Source of the DNA: a virus
DNA length: 64,000 bases
IMG/VR virus record: IMGVR_UViG_3300035698_019240
Span: 28,056-92,055 of that record
Strand: one strand, 5' to 3'
Part shown: positions 9,053-17,857 of the stretch, in pieces
Numbering within the stretch: position 1 is the first letter of the stretch
Layout: every line of letters starts with the position of its first letter
Notes under the pieces: generated by a model
Told to the model about the DNA's origin: nothing
Databases searched by the model: none
Seen by the model: the letters and a program-made list of their open reading frames with translations, nothing else
Program-made: the position numbers and the translations under genes

Positions 9053-9318
9053 AGAGAAAGATCATGAAAAAAGGAAGCATTATAGTATTAAAAACTTTGG
9101 AAGAATTAAAGAAGGGAAAAACATGTGTTGCTGATAGAGGTGGTATTTCAATAGATGGAAAATATATACGTCCGGATATGTACAACATGTTTGGGAAAAA
9201 GCATGTGATAGAAGACATATATTATGTATGGAATGGTAGTATTATTGAAATAAAACATGAACGAAGTAATTGGTATATAAGAGAAGAATGGATTGAAAAG
9301 GTATTGAAAGGAAAATAG
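9049..9318 (+). CDS. Hypothetical protein related to 330..635 but lacking the acidic tail
   Basis: LKTL, MFGK and W..xExWI motifs shared. Confidence 0.65.
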   Translation: MKRKIMKKGSIIVLKTLEELKKGKTCVADRGGISIDGKYIRPDMYNMFGKKHVIEDIYYVWNGSIIEIKHERSNWYIREEWIEKVLKGK

Positions 9319-9496
9319 TATGGAAAAGTATTCAAGAAAGTGGAAGTATGTTAGTAATGACAATGGTATAATTACCAAGAGATTGAAGGTTCCTAACGGT
9401 TGGATAGTTAAGTCCTGGATGGATGGTAGTCCTGATTCGTTGAATATGTTATTTGTTCCAGAAGATCAGGCACATTACTGGGAGTTAGAAAAATAA

Positions 9497-9748
9497 ATGA
9501 GTGCCATTCAAATAGGAGATAGAGTAATATTAACAACTGATAGGTACGATAGTAGTGCTATGAATCCTCGTTATGATAAAACAGGAATTAAAGGAAATGT
9601 AACGAGGATAGTATATATGGACAGAAAAACAAGGATATATGTTAAATGGGATACTGGAAGGAATAATGGATATGATGTGTCGGACTTAGAAGTTGCTGAT
9701 AACATCATCATTGATGTGGATGACCTGTTCTCGGAGATTGATATATGA
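9497..9748 (+). CDS. SH3-like protein with conserved C-terminal tail
   Basis: IGDRV..NP..G.V..YVKWDTG.NN.Y..SDL; IIDVDDLFSEIDI. Confidence 0.85.
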   Translation: MSAIQIGDRVILTTDRYDSSAMNPRYDKTGIKGNVTRIVYMDRKTRIYVKWDTGRNNGYDVSDLEVADNIIIDVDDLFSEIDI

Positions 9749-9972
9749 TAGTTGGAGATACAGTAAGGTTAACGACCGACAGGTATGGTAATTGTGATGT
9801 AAATCCTTGTTATGATAAAACAGGAGTTGAAGGAGAAGTAACTGATATAGAAGAAGGTACTATATATGTTAAATGGGATAATGGAAGGAATAATGTATAT
9901 GTTAAGTCGGACTTAGGAGTTATTCTTCCTATTATAGATGTGGACGACCTGTTCTCGGAGATTGAGATATGA
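9745..9972 (+). CDS. SH3-like protein with conserved C-terminal tail
   Basis: Close paralog of 9497; IIDVDDLFSEIEI. Confidence 0.85.
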   Translation: MIVGDTVRLTTDRYGNCDVNPCYDKTGVEGEVTDIEEGTIYVKWDNGRNNVYVKSDLGVILPIIDVDDLFSEIEI

Positions 9973-10211
9973 AGTTTAAAGTTGGAGATAGAGTAAAACT
10001 AATAACAAAAAGACATGGTGTAGGTTATTCTAATCCTTATTGGCCAAAATATGGAATAGAAGGTGTTATAACGGAAACATGGCAGGACATAACTTTTTAT
10101 GTCAAATGGGATAATACGGGGAAAAATAGTTATAGTTCTAATGATTTGGAATTAGTAGATGTTAAACCTCTTATAGATGTGGATGAACTGTTTGAAGGGA
10201 TAGAGATATGA
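9969..10211 (+). CDS. SH3-like protein with conserved C-terminal tail
   Basis: KVGDRVKL..NPYW..VKWDN; LIDVDELFEGIEI. Confidence 0.85.
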   Translation: MKFKVGDRVKLITKRHGVGYSNPYWPKYGIEGVITETWQDITFYVKWDNTGKNSYSSNDLELVDVKPLIDVDELFEGIEI

Positions 10212-10453
10212 AAGTCGGAGATAGAGTAAGGTTAACAAAGGATCGTTTTACATTGTGTGAGGAAAATCCAAAATGGCCTGAGTATGATGTTCTTGGTGTT
10301 ATTGCTTATATCGGAAATTCAAATATGGAAATGAATATAAGGGTAGATTGGGATAATGGACATAATAATATTTATGATAACTTTGATTTAAGAATTATAG
10401 AAGATAAACCTATTATAGATGTAGATGAACTATTTAAGGAGATAGAGATATGA
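10208..10453 (+). CDS. SH3-like protein with conserved C-terminal tail
   Basis: KVGDRV..NPKW..VDWDNG.NN.Y..DL; [13 protein letters not shown]. Confidence 0.85.
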   Translation: MKVGDRVRLTKDRFTLCEENPKWPEYDVLGVIAYIGNSNMEMNIRVDWDNGHNNIYDNFDLRIIEDKPIIDVDELFKEIEI

Positions 10454-11562
10454 TAGTTGGAATTTTAAAAGAGATTATGGATAGTGAAAATCGTGTTTCA
10501 ATGACTCCGGCAGGAGTCGAGGTAATTAAAAAGAATGGTCATACTGTTCTAATAGAAAAGGATGCCGGTAAAAAAAGTGGTTTTGAAAACAGTGAATATG
10601 TTAAGGCAGGAGGCAACATTGTATTAAAACCTGATGATATCTATAAATGCGCTGATATGGTAATGCATGTTAAAGAACCTCTACCTGTTGAATATGGATA
10701 TTTCAGAAAAGATCAGATTATCTTTACATTTTTACACTTGGCTGCAAAAAAAGAACTCACTAATACCCTTATAAGAAAACGTTCTGTTGCTATTGCATAT
10801 GAAACCATTCAAAAAAAGGATGGCTCTTTACCATTGCTTATACCCATGAGTGAGGTGGCTGGAAGGATGTCTATTCAGGCGGGAGCGAAGTGTCTTGAAA
10901 TGACCTATGGTGGTCAGGGCATACTACTCGGTGGAGTTCCCGGTGTACAGCCCGGCATGGTTGTAATTTTAGGCGGTGGTGTAGCCGGTGTAAATGCGGC
11001 GAAGATAGCATCAGGTTTTGGTGCAAGGGTTTACCTATTGGATATTAATCAGGAACGCCTACGATATTTGAGTGATGTTATGCCGAAAAATTGTTTTCCT
11101 ATAATGTCAAGTCCTTCAAAAATTCGTGAGTTATTAAAGGAAGCCGATCTTGTTGTAGGTGCTGTTCTAATACCAGGAGCCAAGGCCCCTAAACTTGTAA
11201 CAAGAGAAATATTAAAGACCATGAAAAAAGGTTCCGTTATAGTTGATATTGCTATAGACCAGGGAGGGTGTTTTGAAACATCCAAACCCACTACACATTC
11301 AAACCCGACTTACATTGTAGACGGTGTTATTCATTATTGTGTTGCAAATATGCCCGGAGCTGTGGCAAAAACTTCAACCCTTGCCCTTACTAATGTTACA
11401 TTACCTTATGCTGTTGATATAGCAAATAAGGGATGGGAAAAAGCGGCCAGGGAAAATCCTGAAATCATGATGGGATTGAATGTGGTAAAAGGAAAGGTAA
11501 CATGTAAAGGTGTGGCAGATGCTTTTAAACTTGAATATGCTCCTATTGAAAGTTGGGGATAG
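10450..11562 (+). CDS. ald: Alanine dehydrogenase
   Basis: [36 protein letters not shown] Rossmann motif, [22 protein letters not shown]. Confidence 0.97.
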   Translation: MIVGILKEIMDSENRVSMTPAGVEVIKKNGHTVLIEKDAGKKSGFENSEYVKAGGNIVLKPDDIYKCADMVMHVKEPLPVEYGYFRKDQIIFTFLHLAAKKELTNTLIRKRSVAIAYETIQKKDGSLPLLIPMSEVAGRMSIQAGAKCLEMTYGGQGILLGGVPGVQPGMVVILGGGVAGVNAAKIASGFGARVYLLDINQERLRYLSDVMPKNCFPIMSSPSKIRELLKEADLVVGAVLIPGAKAPKLVTREILKTMKKGSVIVDIAIDQGGCFETSKPTTHSNPTYIVDGVIHYCVANMPGAVAKTSTLALTNVTLPYAVDIANKGWEKAARENPEIMMGLNVVKGKVTCKGVADAFKLEYAPIESWG

Positions 11563-11740
11563 AGTATATAACCAGAATCATGAGGGAATCGTTGTACGGA
11601 TTGATTATAATTTACGTCATCCAATATATGTTGAATGGGATGGTTCTTGTTTTCATTATTGCTACTATGCTAACGAATTGGGATTGTTGATTGAAAACAT
11701 CATAGATGTTGATGAGTTGTTTGAGGATATAGAGATATGA
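11546..11740 (+). CDS. SH3-like protein with conserved tail; start displaced by ald insertion (TTG)
   Basis: TTG AAA GTT GGG GAT AGA GTA = (M)KVGDRV overlapping the ald stop; IIDVDELFEDIEI. Confidence 0.7.
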   Translation: MKVGDRVYNQNHEGIVVRIDYNLRHPIYVEWDGSCFHYCYYANELGLLIENIIDVDELFEDIEI

Positions 11741-12009
11741 ATGCAATAACTGTTGAAATATTGATGAGTATATTTGGGGTTCTTACTTCTTTTCAAATAA
11801 TACCTCAATGTGTTAGGATACATCGTAGAAGAAAAAGTGACGATCTTAGCCTTTGGACTATGTATATTAGTATAATACAACAGGTTTTATGGTTAGGATA
11901 TGCTATTTGGAAACCTGTTATATGTCTAGTTGTAACAGAAGGTGTTTGGTTAACACTTTTAATAGTCTTGTTATGTTTTATATTTAAATATAGAGGAAAA
12001 AGAGATTGA
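11737..12009 (+). CDS. PQ-loop / SemiSWEET-family 3-TM transporter subunit
   Basis: IIPQ..RI.R.KSDDLS, LWLGYA; three hydrophobic helices in 90 aa. Confidence 0.85.
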   Translation: MNAITVEILMSIFGVLTSFQIIPQCVRIHRRRKSDDLSLWTMYISIIQQVLWLGYAIWKPVICLVVTEGVWLTLLIVLLCFIFKYRGKRD

Positions 12010-12012
12010 TAT

Positions 12013-12285
12013 ATGAGTACATTTATTGTTGAACTATTTATGACTATATTAGGCACAATTGGTGCTTGTCAAATAATACCTCAATGTGTTAGGATACATC
12101 GTAGAGAAAAAAGTGATGATATTAGCTTTTGGACTATTGGTATTAATATAATGTCCCAGTCAGTGTGGTTAGTGTATTCCTTTTGGAAATTTGTACCATG
12201 TATGATTATATCCGGTTCCGTTTGGTTAACACTTTTACTGATAATGTTAGGATTGGTAGTGAAGCATAGAGGGGAAAATAAATGA
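12013..12285 (+). CDS. PQ-loop / SemiSWEET-family subunit (tandem paralog)
   Basis: IIPQCVRIHRREKSDDIS, VWLVYS. Confidence 0.85.
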   Translation: MSTFIVELFMTILGTIGACQIIPQCVRIHRREKSDDISFWTIGINIMSQSVWLVYSFWKFVPCMIISGSVWLTLLLIMLGLVVKHRGENK

Positions 12286-12530
12286 AAAAATGGAAAGTAG
12301 GAGATAGGGTAGTACTGAATAACAACATTTATGGTGATAGTCCTAGTAACCCTTTTATAGACCAAACAGAAGGTACAATTAGAGAGGTTGATGATCCTTC
12401 TTTTTATGGTCAAAATATAGTAGTGGACTGGTTGAATGGTAGTCATAATTGTTATTATTCTAGTGATTTAAAGGAAGTTGAAGAAAATATAATAGATGTT
12501 GATGAACTATTTTCGGAGATAGATATATGA
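12282..12530 (+). CDS. SH3-like protein with conserved C-terminal tail
   Basis: KVGDRV..SNP..VDWLNG.HN.Y..SDL; IIDVDELFSEIDI. Confidence 0.85.
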   Translation: MKKWKVGDRVVLNNNIYGDSPSNPFIDQTEGTIREVDDPSFYGQNIVVDWLNGSHNCYYSSDLKEVEENIIDVDELFSEIDI

Positions 12531-12742
12531 AGTTAAAAATTGGAAACAGAGTGGCATGGTATGGAGATCAAAGTTTTACTCGTAAAGGAACAGTAAAGAA
12601 TATATCAAATATTTCCAAGTTTCCTTATTTAATACTATGGGATGATGGAAGTCGTGGATGGTACAGTGAATCATTTATAGTATTAATGGATGATGATAAA
12701 ATTATGGATGTTGAAGAATTATTTAAGGAGATTGAGATATGA
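12527..12742 (+). CDS. SH3-like protein with conserved C-terminal tail
   Basis: KIGNRV..GTV..WDDG; [13 protein letters not shown]. Confidence 0.85.
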   Translation: MKLKIGNRVAWYGDQSFTRKGTVKNISNISKFPYLILWDDGSRGWYSESFIVLMDDDKIMDVEELFKEIEI

Positions 12743-12990
12743 AGTTAAAAATTGGAGATGAGGTAAAATTAATAACCAAAAAGCATGGTATTAGTAATAA
12801 TAATCCTTACTGGCCCGATTATAAAAAAATAGGAACTATTGATCGTATACATAATACAGGGGGTCTGAATATTAGAGTTGTGTGGGAATTAGGAGGTATG
12901 TGTCATAATGTTTATAGTAGTTCAGATTTAGAATTGGTAGATGAACCTATTATGGATGTTGAAGAATTATTTGGAGATATAGATATATAA
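12739..12990 (+). CDS. SH3-like protein with conserved C-terminal tail
   Basis: KIGDEVKL..NPYW..HNVYSSSDL; IMDVEELFGDIDI. Confidence 0.85.
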   Translation: MKLKIGDEVKLITKKHGISNNNPYWPDYKKIGTIDRIHNTGGLNIRVVWELGGMCHNVYSSSDLELVDEPIMDVEELFGDIDI

Positions 12991-13223
12991 TGCGGAAAGT
13001 AGGAGATAGAGTAAAATTAACAAGTATAGTTCACGGTATATCTGATAGTAATCCATATTTTCTAAAATACAAAATCTTGGGAACCGTTTATAAAGTTTTA
13101 GGTTTAGAATGGACTTGTCCATTTAAAGTTAAATGGGATAATGGTATAAAGAATGGATATAATTCATGGGATCTAGAAGACTCGGAATATATTATTGGTC
13201 TTGATGAGTTGTTTGAATTATGA
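12990..13223 (+). CDS. SH3-like protein with degenerate tail
   Basis: KVGDRVKL..VKWDNG; IIGLDELFEL. Confidence 0.8.
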   Translation: MRKVGDRVKLTSIVHGISDSNPYFLKYKILGTVYKVLGLEWTCPFKVKWDNGIKNGYNSWDLEDSEYIIGLDELFEL

Positions 13224-13393
13224 TGATTTGTCCCATGGCTGATAAATGTATATGTTATACATGTACTCATAGAATACCTCATAAACACTGTGACGGTCTA
13301 TCATGTTTAAGACATGTTGATAATAAATGGCCTCATGTTTGTATACCACTTATCATTGATATAGATGATTTATTTTCTGATGTTGAAGTATAA
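13220..13393 (+). CDS. 57-aa Cys/His-rich protein with conserved tail (not in ORF track)
   Basis: Manual translation MMICPMADKC..CTHRIPHKHC...IIDIDDLFSDVEV*. Confidence 0.75.
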   Translation: MMICPMADKCICYTCTHRIPHKHCDGLSCLRHVDNKWPHVCIPLIIDIDDLFSDVEV

Positions 13394-13417
13394 ACCATAT
13401 TTGAAATAAATGCTTTA

Positions 13418-13446
13418 TTTACATTTTGTTTATTTTATGTTAAACT
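13418..13446 (+). promoter_or_regulatory. Early promoter
   Basis: TTTACA-17-TAAACT with TG extension. Confidence 0.7.
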
Positions 13447-13472
13447 AGATATAGAATTTAAAGGAGAATATA

Positions 13473-13685
13473 ATGGGTGAAAAGTTATTAGATAATGGAG
13501 ATCAATATTTACCAGAGCAGTATATTAAATACTGTGACAATTTACAGGAAGACAGTGAGGTCACATGGGACGATTTTTTTGATCATGTTAATCTTTCAAG
13601 TGATAAGAGGTCAGACTTTCTTATAGCTGCTATATATAAACAAGCACTGGAGACATTAAGTGTGGAAGTAGACTATCAAATATAA
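13473..13685 (+). CDS. Acidic hypothetical protein
   Basis: AAGGAG SD; follows early promoter. Confidence 0.65.
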   Translation: MGEKLLDNGDQYLPEQYIKYCDNLQEDSEVTWDDFFDHVNLSSDKRSDFLIAAIYKQALETLSVEVDYQI

Positions 13686-13921
13686 TGAGAAAAGGATTAA
13701 ATATAAATTGTATTCATTTTAAAGGTCCTTCAAGTTGTCCACGAAAACCTAAAAGACTTGGATTTTTAATGGCTAAATGTCATTTGGCTAACGATCTTAC
13801 AAAAACTTGTGCTATTCAGGAAAAATACCCAAGACCATCCCATCCACCTCCACCTCCACCACCAAAGAGAGTTATCAGTGAAGATGTAGGTTGGAAATAT
13901 ATAAAGAGAAGGAAAGGATAA
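13685..13921 (+). CDS. Cys-rich protein with poly-Pro tract
   Basis: Four Cys; HPPPPPPPK. Confidence 0.6.
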   Translation: MRKGLNINCIHFKGPSSCPRKPKRLGFLMAKCHLANDLTKTCAIQEKYPRPSHPPPPPPPKRVISEDVGWKYIKRRKG

Positions 13922-14092
13922 ATGTGGATAGATGATAAAAGTGATGGCTGTGTTTACGATACGGTAGACTGTGACCATAATTGTCTTGGATGTAACCATG
14001 GCTCTATGCAATGTACATCATGTGGACTTATTGTATATTATCCCGATAATAAATGTGACTGTGGTCATGTTTTGGAAGACAGAGATTTCTAA

Positions 14093-14299
14093 ATGGAAGA
14101 TTATGTAATATGTGATGCGTATGTAATTTGTGATTGGCATGGTAAATGTCATCATAAAAAACCTCATATTAAAGATTCTATGTGTGATATCAATGGATGT
14201 AATTGTGTAGATGGAAATGTTAGTTGTTCTCCTGTAAACACTGTTGATATATTGGATAAAAATGAAGTGGATGAATGGTTCAGAGAAATAGAATTGTAA
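14093..14299 (+). CDS. Cys/His-rich protein with divergent conserved tail
   Basis: CD..C.H.KPH..C..C..C.P as in 109..333; ends EVDEWFREIEL. Confidence 0.75.
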   Translation: MEDYVICDAYVICDWHGKCHHKKPHIKDSMCDINGCNCVDGNVSCSPVNTVDILDKNEVDEWFREIEL

Positions 14300-14328
14300 T
14301 TTACATAATTACATTTATATGATATAAT
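14300..14328 (+). promoter_or_regulatory. Early promoter
   Basis: TTTACA-17-TATAAT. Confidence 0.8.
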
Positions 14329-14354
14329 AAAAGGTGATAAAAAAAGGAGATTAA

Positions 14355-15287
14355 ATGAAGACAGCTGAAATTTTTAATAAGGCAATAGCAACAGGAATGG
14401 AGTTTGATCCTAGAGGTTTTAAAGAAGTAAGGAAGATTCTTGTAGATACAAAAAAACAATGGGATAAACTTAAAGAAAAGGATAAGGAATATTTTGATAC
14501 AGATAAATTATTGAATCCATATCCTGATTCAAGAATTCTATTTAACTTAGAAGATGGTGTTTCAAATGTGAAGAAGATACTTGTTGGTATTGATCTTGAA
14601 GGTCCTGAATTACTTCTCGCAAGTCATATAGGTGTTGATTTGGCTATAGCTCATCATCCAGAAGGTATGGGTTATGCAGGGCTTCCTGATGTTATGAGTA
14701 TGCAAGCCGATGTTCATCATCAATTAGGTGTTCCTATCAGTACCGCAACAGGACTTATACGGCATAGACAAAACGAGGTAAGAAAAAGTATAATGGGGTC
14801 AAACTTTTCAAGACCTATTGATTTTGCAAGAATTCTAGGAATACCATATATTTGTCTACACACTCCAGCAGATAATATGGTTCAGGCAAATGTACAGAGT
14901 ACGATTGATAAAGCTTCTCCTGAAACCCTTGGAGATATAATTGATATTCTTCTTGAGTATCCTGAATATAAAAAAGGTAAGAAAATGGGAGAGGGTCCTG
15001 TTATTCATGTTGGTTCAAAATCTAATAAAGCCGGTAAAGTATTTGTTGAATTCACAGGAGGTACAAGTGGAAACAAAAACATTTATCAGAGGTTGTCTTA
15101 TGCAGGTGTTGATACAATAGTTGGAATGCATATGGGTACTGAACATGAAAAAGAAGTTAAAAAATATAACATGAATGTTATTATTGCAGGACATTATTCA
15201 AGTGATTCAATTGGTATTACAAAACTTCTTGAGCAGATTTTACCAAAAGATGTTGAGATAATAAAATGTTCAGGTTACATAAGATAA
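14355..15287 (+). CDS. NIF3 (NGG1p-interacting factor / DUF34) family metal-binding protein
   Basis: KKILVGID, AHHP, HTPADN, AGHYSSD. Confidence 0.8.
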   Translation: MKTAEIFNKAIATGMEFDPRGFKEVRKILVDTKKQWDKLKEKDKEYFDTDKLLNPYPDSRILFNLEDGVSNVKKILVGIDLEGPELLLASHIGVDLAIAHHPEGMGYAGLPDVMSMQADVHHQLGVPISTATGLIRHRQNEVRKSIMGSNFSRPIDFARILGIPYICLHTPADNMVQANVQSTIDKASPETLGDIIDILLEYPEYKKGKKMGEGPVIHVGSKSNKAGKVFVEFTGGTSGNKNIYQRLSYAGVDTIVGMHMGTEHEKEVKKYNMNVIIAGHYSSDSIGITKLLEQILPKDVEIIKCSGYIR

Positions 15288-15288
15288 G

Positions 15289-16716
15289 ATGTCAAGGAGA
15301 AGGAAGAAACAAAAGCGTAATAAAGTAAGATGTGATAATCACGAGCTTTGTTTAATAAAAGATTGTTTTCACAGATTTTTTCATAAAGGATTTAAAGGCT
15401 GTAAAGAAAAGTGTCCATATTATGGTGGTGGATATAAATGTATGACTGAGGAGGAAATGAATGGGAAAGTATGATGATAAAAAAATGACATATAGAAGTG
15501 AGGATCTTAGTAATACTCGTAAAATAAAGGTACAGAATATACTATGTGACATTGCAAGTGAGATAACGGAACTCAAAGAAGTGGTGGATAGTTTTTCGAA
15601 AGCATGTGAACAACCACGACCAAAGCGTGAGAGTTGGTTTAAAAGATTAATAAAATGGGGTGAAAGATAATGGATATTGAAAGAAAAATAGAATTGGAAA
15701 ATGTTAACACCGCAAAGCAGTTAGGAATGATAAGTACCGAAAAGGCTATTAAAATGAGAAAGAAAATTTATAAAAAAATATTTGAAGATGATATAAAAGA
15801 AGGAGAGAAAAATGGTAGATGATTTTGAAGACTTAGAAACTATTCTAAGTAGAAACATGGAAGAGGAACTTAAAGATGCCATGGATGCTGGAATAATTGA
15901 TATTAAAATCAATGGTAAAAAGGCTACAGATGTTGATATAGCTGTTGATGAGGATACAGGAGCAATCGTTATTACTAACGGTGATGGTGATACAACTGAA
16001 ATTATAATTAATGGAACAGGAGAGCATATAATATAATCATGAGTGTTAATAAAACTCTTTGTAGTAAATGCGATAATTTATTTTTTGTACGATTACAAGT
16101 ACAATGGAGTAATGGTGGTAAAGGTAAGGTATCAGGATCATGTTTATTACAACCAAATTTTTTTGAGAAAACTAAAAAAATTAAGGGTGTAATGTTCGAT
16201 GGAAATGGATTACCAGTTATATTAAAATGTGGTAAGTTTAGAATTAAAAAAGGAGTAGTAAATGTTTAATGATATAATAGATGGTTCAACGGGACCATGG
16301 AAAAGAAATGGTAATAATGAATGGTATCATATTGATAATATGATTATTAGATTATGTAAGAGATCATTGGTGATATATGACCTGTACTATAATGTTAATA
16401 AAACAAAAGTAGTTATAAGTAAAGTGATTGTAGGAAGAACGGAAGACGAGGCTAAGGATAAAGCGGAAAGTTATTTAAAGAAAAGAAAAATAATATAAGA
16501 AAGGAAAATACAATGGATTGGAAGTTAGATACAGAATTAATAAAAATGTTTCTTGAAGAATGTGGAACAGATGGTGATAAATGGGAAAGTAAGTTCAATA
16601 AAATTCCCAATGAAGAAAGACAAATAAGTTTTGATTTTATATGTCCTGTAGAGAGGAAAAAAATAAATCTCAAATTTGGTATAACCGTTAACAATGTTAC
16701 ACTTACGGAGGTTTAA
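15289..16716 (+). CDS. Run of small hypothetical early genes (15289, 15461, 15812, 16039, 16262, 16513)
   Basis: Contiguous + strand ORFs with SDs/overlaps; no recognisable family. Confidence 0.55.
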
Positions 16717-17026
16717 ATGTTTTACATTCACGTAAAGAATTTTCCACTATTAACACTTGATGAAATAAAAGAACAGATAAATATGAGAATAAATGGACTC
16801 AAGAATCAAAGAGGTACAGGTATACCAAGAAAAGATGTACTGATTTCTGAAATTACAACTTTAAAAAAATTATGGAGGAAAAAGAAATGACAACTATACT
16901 TATTATACTTATTATAATTACTATAGGTTCATCTATACACTTTTACTATAAAGGACTAAAAAGGGGATATGATGACGGATGGAAAGACGCTGGTGGTGAT
17001 AATATTCCAGAAGAGGAAAAGAATTA

Positions 17027-17857
17027 CTAACCAACAGTTTTTCCATTTTCATCAACAACCCTTATAATACCACCTTTTTTAATTGTAGTTCTATAAAGAG
17101 GTGACATGTCAGAGAAACTTAAAGTTAATTCACATCTTGTTGGCAGTCCATTTATATATGGTTGTTGCCATGTAGGTTGTACAGAAGTCAGAGCCGCAAA
17201 TTGACATATTATGAGTTCATTCGGATGTGTTTTTAATTCAAAAATCCACGGAAGTTCAATACCTATATTCCAATCCCTAATTTCAGGTGAGGAATATTTC
17301 ATAAGGTCTTTTACTGGTTCCACTACATCTAGAGAAGGATTACTTTGTGATATCAAATTAAAAAGAAAATTCCATTCTCTTCTTCCAGAACCTGTAAATG
17401 TTAAAGGAGAATCAATCTTTTCTGTAGGTACTTTTGTTGCAAGTCCATTTGATATTTCATTAAATGCGGATCTTGCCCCAGAACCTAATTCTTTCCTTTT
17501 GGCTGAATCTCCAAGGGTATTTTTAATATTTTTTCCTATGGTTTTTACATCCCTAACAGTTTTTGAAGCTGTGATAGCTTTATTGGCAAGTGAGTTGACC
17601 GTTGAGTTTTCATAAGGAGACCAATCATTTCTAATTGTTTCCTGTATTACCTCAGGTGCTAAGAATTTAAAAGTTGGTCCTGTTTTACCTCTTGTTATTC
17701 CCCCACCTTTTGATAGAGTTGTTTGATATTTCAATTCTATTGCTTTCATTGTTATCCATAAAGCATTATCACCAAATGAACCTTGAGGAATTGTAGCACT
17801 TTCTTTTGGTCTTTGTATAGTTTGTGTTCCTGTATATGTAAAAGTATCCTTGGCCAT
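17027..17857 (-). CDS. Baseplate/tail-tube cap protein, T4 gp48-like
   Basis: RREWNFLFNL, ALTSVQP, P.RCELTLSFSD; downstream of tape measure. Confidence 0.65.
   Translation of the reverse strand: MAKDTFTYTGTQTIQRPKESATIPQGSFGDNALWITMKAIELKYQTTLSKGGGITRGKTGPTFKFLAPEVIQETIRNDWSPYENSTVNSLANKAITASKTVRDVKTIGKNIKNTLGDSAKRKELGSGARSAFNEISNGLATKVPTEKIDSPLTFTGSGRREWNFLFNLISQSNPSLDVVEPVKDLMKYSSPEIRDWNIGIELPWIFELKTHPNELIICQFAALTSVQPTWQQPYINGLPTRCELTLSFSDMSPLYRTTIKKGGIIRVVDENGKTVG

Noticed and set aside
11510-11545. GTG start for the ORF after ald
   Set aside because: The extension is out-of-frame ald sequence; family homology begins at 11546
9709-13393. Regularly spaced ~40-bp repeats as a CRISPR array or integron attC sites
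   Set aside because: Repeats are protein-coding, vary synonymously, are not palindromic and are separated by whole genes; no cas or integrase in the window
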